DNA from: Octopus vulgaris
Taxonomy: Eukaryota
DNA: 64,000 bases
Direction: 5' to 3'
Assembly (NCBI GenBank): GCA_951406725.2
Contig: OX597815.1
Span: forward strand, 61,442,001-61,506,000
Position 1 is the stretch's first letter. Each line of letters starts with the position of its first letter. Of the stretch, positions 55,140 through 64,000 are shown piece after piece. A model generated the notes under the pieces. It searched no databases. It was given only the letters and a program-made list of their open reading frames with translations, and was not told where the DNA came from. The translations under genes were made by a program, and so were the position numbers.

Positions 55140-55570
55140 TATATGTGTGTGTTTGTTTGTGTATGTGTGTGTGTGTGTGTGTGCACATACACACACACAA
55201 AGATAACTGTCGCTCACAAGCGAGTGTGCCCTGCAGGTTTGTAGTATCCTTTATCTAATTATTTTAGTTAGCTGTGTTGTCATAAGCAGGTAAGGAAGGA
55301 CACAATATCACTCGTGGCCCGCTGGAACATTCTGTATATGCTAGTTAGAAGGAGAGAAAAAGAGAGAGAGCGGGTTTTAAACCAACCATCGGTTGCTATT
55401 CATTCTTCGCTGAGTAAACTGATTGAATGGGATGTGAAGTGCCTTGCTCAAGGATATACTGAGGTGCAGGAATGGTACCCACGAACTTATGATTATGAAT
55501 GAACATTCTGACTTCATGGTCATGTGCCTTCACACATACGTATATATGTGTGTGTATGTAAGTATGTAAG

Positions 55571-55644
<74 letters not shown>

Positions 55645-56359
55645 TGACATTTCGCTTGTTCTTTGTGCGTGTGTTTGCATTTGCTTGTGTTTGTTTGTTT
55701 GTGTGTGTGTGTGTGTGTGTGCTTGTGTGTACATGTGTTTGTATTTGCTTCTGCACACGTGTTTCTGTCTAGGTTGAAGACGAACAGAGATAAGCTGAAG
55801 GTTAGAGAGTACGATCGCCTGATGTGTGTGTGTGTGGGGGGGGGCAGAGTGTAGGTATAAGTGTGTGGGTGTGTGGGTGCATGTGTGTTTGAAGATATGT
55901 ATATAAGTGTAGACTATTTGAAAATCATTTTATGTGTATATTAAGGAGTAGTAGGCACTAGCTGAGGGTGGTAATAGTGGTGGGTGGTGTGGAGGTACTG
56001 CGAAAGATTACAATGTGGATTACAGGTGATAATAATGGTGTCGTAGTGGTGGTGGTAGCGGTTGTGGTTGTAGTGATAGTGGCGGTTGTGGTGATGGTGA
56101 TTGTGATGGTGGTGGTAGTTGTGGTGTTGATTGAAACTATAATAGTGATGGTGGCTGTTGTAGTAGTAGTTTTGGTGGTGATGGTAGATACACTGCTGTG
56201 GTTGATGTTGTTGTTAGTGGTGGTGGTCGAGGTCGGCGTCGTTGTGATAATGAAGGTTATGGTGGTGACGCAGCTGTTATGATGGTGCAAGCGGTGGTGG
56301 AAGTTGCAACCGTGACATTCGCGTCCTAAGTTTAATCATAAAGTATCTAGAAGTATGTG

Positions 56360-56415
56360 TACCATGTAAACTAGTACTACCAATTTCATGGTCGAGTGGT
56401 CGGCGACTAAACCGG
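56360..56415 (+). ncRNA. Second decayed HDV-like ribozyme candidate in an RTE-type 5' end (to ~56530)
   Basis: ACCATG/CATGGT P1, CTAGT/ACCGG imperfect P2, CGA-CTAA J4/2; downstream sequence homologous to the minus strand of 17780-17886. Confidence 0.4.
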
Positions 56416-56755
56416 CTTCTTCACTTGAGTAGCTAGCTACTTTTGTGAGAAGGGTGTCTTGACACCTAGTAAGAGAGAAACAAAGACCTCTCAAAGGGCA
56501 GATGCTTGTGGGCTGATGGCCAACCAGTTGTGGAAGGCAGTGAACAGAAAACATCATGAAAATGTCTGAACGTAGTAAGGTGTGAAGGAAGGTGGGATGG
56601 CCGTCAGATTATTGCACAGCAGAATATGTACACATACACAATGAGGGAGACCTGCTCAAGTGTGAGAATTATCGATCATAGGAAGTTACTAGGCTAAATG
56701 GCTTTCTAGTACAATTCAAAACTTTTGCTTATCTGTAATTTTGCTAATCATAGAA

Positions 56756-56798
56756 ATTGCTCTGACGACAGTAATTTCTTGGAGAAATTGTAAGTAAT
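56756..56798 (+). ncRNA. Possible decayed hammerhead
   Basis: ATTGCT-CTGACGA-...-GAAA-TTG-TA-AGTAAT; 6 bp stem I with one G-U pair, poor stems II and III. Confidence 0.4.
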
Positions 56799-58024
56799 GT
56801 ACACTAAGATGCACCTGAGTAACGACTCTAGACGGAAATTTTATATTAGATTGACCGAAAATAACTTTAAAGTACAGACTTACCAACACAGATACTTCCT
56901 TATTAAGCCTACGACTCTATTTGTCTTCTAAGTGACACAAGCCAGTAAGCGTTTAATATCATTTCGTCAGTCTAAAAGCTTGCTGCATCGTACCACTATG
57001 GAAAATTCCACTTAATGTTCCGCTTTTAGTTGAGCTTTTGTAAAAACGAAAAAAAAACTGTTCATTTTTGTACAAGGCTGTTTACCATCTAAACTAGAAA
57101 TGAACGTTCCTTTTCTTGTAAACACACTCCACCTACCACCTGCTCCATTATAGATCCTAACACAACTTAACTTTGCTGTTGTCATATCTCCGTTTTTGTT
57201 TGTTTTGTGTTGCATTTAACACCGAGGGCTTCTTTTTATGTAATTACGTATTTATACTTATCTCCTCTATACGAACTTGTATTATTAATATAGTTTGTTT
57301 ATAATTTAATCACATTCTCATTTAATGCGGTTAAAGTAACCGGTACATTTAAACCAGTTGTTTAAGGCTATATTGGTAAATGTATTGAAATTTATTACAG
57401 TAAATAAATTAATACCAACAATAGCAGTGTTTCAGTAACGCTTATTTACGTAAATATCCGAGCAAAAGAAACTACAAGGAAATAACTTTAAAAAAATGAT
57501 ACAATCGTAAATTTCAAAGTATTGCGATGGCAAAAATTCAACATATCTTAAAAAGATATTTACAAAGTTTTTTTTTTAATTGATATAATAATTCACAATA
57601 ATTCATAATAATAAGCTTCAAGCTTATTTAAATGACATTGACAAACTGTTACTAAAAGTACAAGCAGTTACTGACAATTTGATGTTGAAGCAAATGGCAT
57701 TGTTTAATAAAAAAAAAATTAGAAAATAAAAATGACATCAAATAAAAAGAACTTTTGCGAAAATATAATTTGAATATAAGCGAGAATGTAAATAATTATA
57801 AGGTAAGACCCGTAGTAAGATGCCATCTTAACGACAACATGTTAGCAGTGATGACAGTTAATTTCAAGAAGGTAATTTTTTAAAAATAGTTTCCACTTTT
57901 CTCTAGGAGTTGCGAAGAATTACCGCAAGATTTTAGTTTTGTTCTTCTAACTGGGAAATCATTAGATTGATTAAGATGCACAGGAAGCATTATACTTGTT
58001 TCAAATATACAAGCAAATGAATAC

Positions 58025-58084
<60 letters not shown>

Positions 58085-58907
58085 AAGTGTTCAGATTAAT
58101 GAATACAAAGCGATATTTATTTATAGGAATTTCTCATTGCGTAAACCACATTTTTGCAAATAGCACTTTGCTATAGTTTAAAGTAATAGTTTTATCTATT
58201 TGTTAAGAATATCTGTTACAGAGTTGGGTCATATTCAGTCGTACGAATGCATAGAAACTATATCTGCGTAAATGATGTCTGAGCAAATACAAAAAGAAAC
58301 ATGGCCGTCACTTAGCAGCGAATACTACTCAGTCACAAGTAGCATATTTTCCTTAATTATTTTTAGGTGCCTGTGTAGTCGCGCACAGACATAAAAACCC
58401 TGTCAGCTTCCTAACTCCTTTCACTCAGCAGAAGACTGAGAATGTAAAAGCTTGAGGAAGAGAGAGTGGCACCAGCACACAACTAAGAAGAGAGGAGTAA
58501 CATGAAATGAAGTGCCTCGCCCGAGCGCTCGACACAGTTTGTTAGGTGTAATAACGATTTCTTTATGAATTAGTAAGGATTTACACAAAGAGCAAGGACT
58601 TTACAGGACAATATAATACAGTATGATATGATAAGACGTTACAGGGAAGCGTGTAAACAAGAAAATAACAAACACAATGAATCGAAATTCAAGTAAAAAA
58701 AAAATCCCCCAAAAGGGATAAACTTTCAAGTGTTGCTCAGGGAAACCTCACAAATCTATAATCAACCCAACCACTAGGAAAATTAACCTCTCCCTATCCA
58801 CCACCTTCACTTCACTTCTATGTGTAATAACATAGAGTAAACATGTAGTCTAAAGTTACAGGGAAACATTTAAAAATTAAACCTTAGAATATATTCATAA
58901 ATATCAC

Positions 58908-58986
<79 letters not shown>

Positions 58987-59003
58987 CATCATCATCATCA
59001 CCA

Positions 59004-59064
<61 letters not shown>

Positions 59065-59097
59065 CATCATCATCATCATCATTATTATTATTATTAT

Positions 59098-59618
59098 TGA
59101 GTGAGAGAGCAGTTCATGCCATCAAAGTGACACTGGGGTAAAATATACGAAGCCCAATATACCCATCATGACTACCCGTCTGATAAAGGTACACCAGGCA
59201 CATGCATCACAACCATATGTGCGCGACATGGTGATCTCATATCAAGATAAACAGCACATGACCTTGCAGGTGGGGCCCAGTTAGAACTTTTTTCAGGTTG
59301 AGTAGCCCATCCCGCTCAAACGGTCCCATGTTTCCAGAGGTGAACTATTCAAACCCCAAAGAATCCCTCTCAACACATGGCTATGATGCTCCCCCACTAC
59401 TTCTGCTCGTGATCAGAGATGCACATATCGTCAGCCACTAAGGGACATGCTCAACTGGTTAAGGTCAAACAACTGACAAGCAAATCTGTGGTATTGAGCA
59501 GAATATTTGCTGTAGCCCATCTTTTATACCAAGACAAAACAATGTATATGATAACACTTCTAATCAGTTAAGATCAGAAGCCATGAGAGCCACTGCCTGG
59601 TACTGCATCAGGGCATTT
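59098..59618 (-). mobile_element. 550 bp family, full-span copy with an internal deletion
   Basis: Reverse complement of 19443-19990; (TTA)n on both sides. Confidence 0.9.
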
Positions 59619-59662
59619 ATTATTATTATTATTATTATTAATATTATTATTATTATTATTAT

Positions 59663-60191
59663 TGAGTGCGAGTGCAATGCATGCCATTAAAGTTACACTG
59701 GCGTACAAATACACGAAGCCCTTTACTAGCATCATGAATACTCGTCTGGCCAGGCCACTGCATCACAACTATATGTGTGTGACATGGTGATCTCATATCA
59801 AGATAAACACCGCATGACAACGCAAGTGGGGCCTAGTTACAATTTTCTTCGGGTGGAGTAGCCCATCCCACTCAAAAGGTCCCTGAATAAGGTTTGTCTA
59901 AGGATGTTGAACGAAACACCCATGAATTATTCAAATCTCAAATAATCTTTCTCAACATATGGCTATGATGCTCCCCCACTACTTCTGCTCGTGTCTGAGA
60001 TGTACATATTGTCAGCCACTAAGGGACATGGTCAAATGGTTAAGCAAATGATAAACAAATCTGTGGTATTGAGCAGAATATTTTCTGTAGCCCATCTTTT
60101 ATACCAAGACAAAGCAATGTACATGATAACACTTCAAATCAGTTAAGATCAGAAGTAATGAGAACCACTGCCTGGTACTGCATCAGGGCAT
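59663..60191 (-). mobile_element. 550 bp family, older tandem copy
   Basis: Diverged repeat of 59098-59618. Confidence 0.88.
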
Positions 60192-60203
60192 CTATTATTA
60201 TTA

Positions 60204-60270
<67 letters not shown>

Positions 60271-60271
60271 G

Positions 60272-60327
<56 letters not shown>

Positions 60328-60470
60328 TGCCTTTGCACAGCTTCTAACGCTGGAGATGTATTACAGTGTCAGCGTAGTGTGAACTAAGGGAACACCTCTT
60401 ATGTTTCCAGCACCTTCCGGAGTATTCGAGCGGTTCCAATCAGTGCTGTTTTCTGCAAGTGCTCCACATA
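60328..60470 (-). mobile_element. RLE LINE extreme 3' end with (GAT)n tail
   Basis: Minus-strand translation VEHLQKTALIGTARILRKVLET*. Confidence 0.75.
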
Positions 60471-60950
60471 TTTTATATTATATCTCTTATTATAAAAGGC
60501 AGATTTTATCTGCCTCCCTTTGTATCTTATAGAAATCTACAATATAGGATTTCTTCAATTACAATTTACCTTGCATTTTTAAGAGTAGAATGCATCGGGT
60601 CGTGCCAGGTCCAGTTTTTAAAATTTCAACCCCAATTAAGCAAAATTTAGAGAAAACTCACATTGTGGTGTATGAGTCAAATGCTTTTCTTAGTGTGGCC
60701 TACACCACACGCACACGCACACACACAGTGTGCAACGAATAAAGTGAAAGTAATTCACTTTTTGTAGTGAGTGACTCTTTCACTCTGCCACTTCCTCTTT
60801 ACACACATAGACACGCAAATATATAAATAAAATTGTAAGCTAACGTGTGTGTGTGCGTGTGTGTGAGTGTGTGTGTGTGTGTGTGCGTGTGTGTGTGTGT
60901 GAGGGTGCGTGTGTGTGTGTGTGTGTGCGTGTGCGTGAGTGTGTGACAGG

Positions 60951-61628
60951 AAAGTTTCTTAGGACGAATATAAGACCTATATCCAAGTAGCAGAAAGATC
61001 GCCCAAAAGTGTATATAGATATTTAAATGTATTTATATATTCATCTATACACAGATGTATGTATAATGTGTGTGTATATATTTCCATAGAGGTAACCTTT
61101 CACTCCATACAAAGTTTTTTAGGACGAATATAAGATCTAAAGTATATACAAGTAGCAGAAAGATCGCCCCAAAGTGTATATAGATATTTAAATGTATTTA
61201 TATATTCATCTATACACAGATGTATGTATAATATGTGTGTATATATTTCCATACACGTAACCATTCACTCCGCACAAAGATTTTTAGGACGAAAATAAGA
61301 TCTAAAGTTATCTCTAAGTAGCACAAAGATCGCCCAAAAGTGTATATAGATATATAAATGTATTTATATATTCATCTATGCACACATGTATGTATAACGT
61401 GTATGTATATATTTCCATAGAGGTAACCATTCACTCCATACAAAGTTTTTTAGGACGAAAATAAGATCTAAAGTTATCTCTAAGAAACAGAAAGATCGCC
61501 CAAAAGTGTATATAGATATTTAAATGTATTTATATATTCATCTATACACACATGTATGTATAATGTGCGTGTATATATTTCCATAGAGGTAACAATTCAA
61601 TCCATACAAAGTTTTTTGGGACGAAAAT
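60951..61628. repeat. Minisatellite, ~4 copies of a 160-166 bp unit
   Basis: AAAGTTTTTTAGGACGAA-type unit starts at 60951, 61111, 61276, 61442 and 61608. Confidence 0.95.
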
Positions 61629-61872
61629 ATTTATATATAAAAGAAAGGTTGTGTGTCTGTCTACTCCGATTTAGATTCCTAACTACTCCCACATTTTGCG
61701 ATGCAGTTTAGCCAAAACCGGGTATCTTATAGTCGTGGTTCATATCGAGCCCTTCTGGGTATTAGCGCGCGTCTACGATGAGTCTATGATTTTACAAATA
61801 ATTTACCATCATTTTTTTCCATTTTAATGCATATTTTTTTAATAAAGGGAAGTAACTCTCAAACTTCACACC

Positions 61873-62295
61873 AATATGCGTGCTCATATGCGACGTAATA
61901 TCACATCAGCAGCATTTCCTCACACCCTCCTTGCACTTGGCGAAGGCAAAATACCAGGGGATGAAAATGGTAATATTGCCATCGATTCCATTTGTACCAT
62001 TGTTAAGACGCCTTCTGATCTCAGAGATGCAGTGTTCCCAGATCTACAAGCTAATTATCAGAATATGGATTGGATTGGCAAAAAGGCTATACTGGCCCCG
62101 AGGAATAAAACTGTTCACCATATTAATGATGAAATACTAAAACTCATTCCTGGGGAAGTCTATGTATATCAGTCTATCGATACAACTCCTGACCCAGAGG
62201 ACGTCATCAACTATCCAATAGAGGTACTCAATTCCTTTGAGCACCCCGGACTACCACCACACTTTCTCAAACTTAAAGTTGGTGCCCCTATAAAG
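61873..62295 (+). pseudogene. Helitron PIF1 helicase fragment
   Basis: NMRA, LLALGEG, AILAPRN, YPIEVLNS...GLPPHFLKLKVGAPI; the rest of the listed ORF is unrelated read-through. Confidence 0.9.
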
Positions 62296-62944
62296 TCTGG
62301 CGACTTTGCAACCATCAAAATGACTTTCCTAACGTCGAATGTAATGTCATTGGCAGGGCCCCACCTTTCTCACTCGTACTTGAAGTTGCCAGTTTTGTCT
62401 CCACGAGAGACTACAAATGCTCCACCAATATGCAAGATCCATCAACAGGAAGGCTGAACTATCCTATTGTCGATAATCCAGTTATACCACCTTAGCCTGG
62501 CTGTTCCATACTCAAGGGCATGGTGCTTTACCTCTGACGCTCGTAAAGACTACAGCCCAATCCATGCTAACTATTCAACCTAGCACCACCAAACTTTAAT
62601 CTAACACCACAAATCTACTTACTCCTACAGAAAGGCTGTTGCCATTAAAATTTTAGTTCTTCACTGCAACGATATTCTGTCCTGCCATGTGTAACATCAA
62701 ATGCAACGAATTGACTGACAACAGCTAAATGCAAACATCCTGCCGAACTACGTGGACCAATGAGCAAAAAAAATAAATAATATAAAAAAACTGATGTCGC
62801 TTTCACTCCAATAACACCACTCAACCTGAGTTGACCAACAGAGGTCTAAACATTCAGAAGTCATCTTGTATTTGTTTCTTTTACACTCAGCAGATAACTG
62901 ATGTGTTTGGTTCGTCCTACATGAAAATAATACTTGGTTATGAA

Positions 62945-63157
62945 CCAGTGTCGCAGTTATGGCGACGTCATATCTGCTATTGATGACCTTTTCGACCAAC
63001 AGGGTGAAATCTTCTTCACCAATGGGATCCAAGCACTGTAACAGCGATGGAAGAAGTGTGTGTGTGTTGCAAGGGGAATTATGTTGAAAAATAAACCTGA
63101 TTTGGTCACATTCGATGAGAGTAACTTGGTCAGCCTATGAACTTTTTAGCCGATCTG
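62945..63157 (+). mobile_element. Mariner 3' end fragment
   Basis: DVISAIDDLFDQQGEIFFTNGIQAL*QRWKKCV...GNYVEK*, then TIR-like ATGAACTTTTTAGCCGA. Confidence 0.75.
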
Positions 63158-63181
63158 TGTGTGCATATATGTATATATGTA

Positions 63182-63235
<54 letters not shown>

Positions 63236-63410
63236 TATCTGTGTGTGTGTGTGTGTGTTATTAATAATAAAGAGTACGGAGACGTAAAAATTTATGCATC
63301 ATATTACAACGACCTACTACAGGTGTTTCCTCAGCAAAATGGTATACGCCCACATAATATATCCCTCCAAACTCACATTTTTGTATACATATACATACAT
63401 ACATACATAA

Positions 63411-63463
<53 letters not shown>

Positions 63464-63464
<1 letters not shown>

Positions 63465-64000
63465 TAGCATTATGACCCGTCGTTGCCGGGTCATAGTGCT
63501 AGTGCATGTATATATGTGTATATATATGTGTACATATTACATGTACATCTATATATATACATCTACACATAAAATACAAAATACAAAGTTATATCTTGAT
63601 ACCGCTAGTGATAACAATACTCAAAATATATAACAGACTGGAATTGTAAGCCCGTCTCTTGCAATTTCGATCAATTGTATCTTGTCCTCCCTCTTGTATT
63701 GAAGTGTGGCTACGATCCAGCCTACCTCAACTTCTGGGTGGTGGGGGGGGCATTTTAAATTTTTATCCGGCACGTCCTACGTCCCAGATATAAAGGTAAA
63801 AATAAAATATTTCCACTTTGCAAGTTCGAGTCGAGTACTCCCTTGCACGCTCCGTTGACTAGAACCTTGCTTCTATTGTAGCAAATTTACCGCCTCTGGT
63901 TAGATATCTTTCATAGTCGCACCAAGACACTTTTCGATGGTGCTTTCCTCCAGGTGTTCAAATCTTCTTTTTTCTCTACATTGTATACTTTATAGAAAAT
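63464..64000 (-). mobile_element. Helitron 3' end (runs off the window)
   Basis: Minus strand ends GACCCGGCAACGACGGGTC-ATAATG-CTAG|T; 63503-63706 matches the reverse complement of 13470-13658. Confidence 0.85.

Larger units (their letters stand above)
60483..62295 (+). mobile_element. Composite Helitron-derived segment: two 5'-end-like motifs, a minisatellite and a helicase fragment
   Basis: A|TCTCTTATTATAAAAG at 60483; TTTATATATAAAAGAAAGGTTGTGTGTCTGTCT at ~61630 resembles 12651; PIF1 fragment follows; no 3' end found. Confidence 0.7.

Noticed and set aside
60951-61628. CRISPR-like array
   Set aside because: Whole units repeat with no unique spacers, there are no cas genes, and the context is eukaryotic.

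Overview
Gene-poor, AT-rich, extremely microsatellite-rich animal genomic DNA. The SINE/LINE repertoire looks cephalopod, probably Octopus (inference, not verified). I see no convincing host protein-coding gene, and nearly all listed ORFs are microsatellite translations. The window is a mosaic of mobile elements: a decayed Ty3/Gypsy pol with a candidate LTR, a full-span Helitron with both termini plus two further Helitron pieces, a nearly intact DD34E Tc1, DD37D (maT) and mariner fragments, R4/Dong-type RLE LINE fragments, an (AAT)n-embedded ~550 bp non-autonomous repeat, tRNA-derived SINEs, MITEs, and a young Penelope-like element (PLE) with an inverted pseudo-LTR. The strongest unannotated signal is structural RNA. 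About a dozen type-I hammerhead ribozyme motifs (CTGANGA...GAAA...TH) occur, most with palindromic stem III and several with long stem II insertions, mainly next to (TA)n tracts. Two short fold-back elements carry mirror-image hammerheads on both strands, and two RTE-type 5' ends show HDV-like ribozyme topology. All folds were paired by eye and need covariance-model and cleavage tests.
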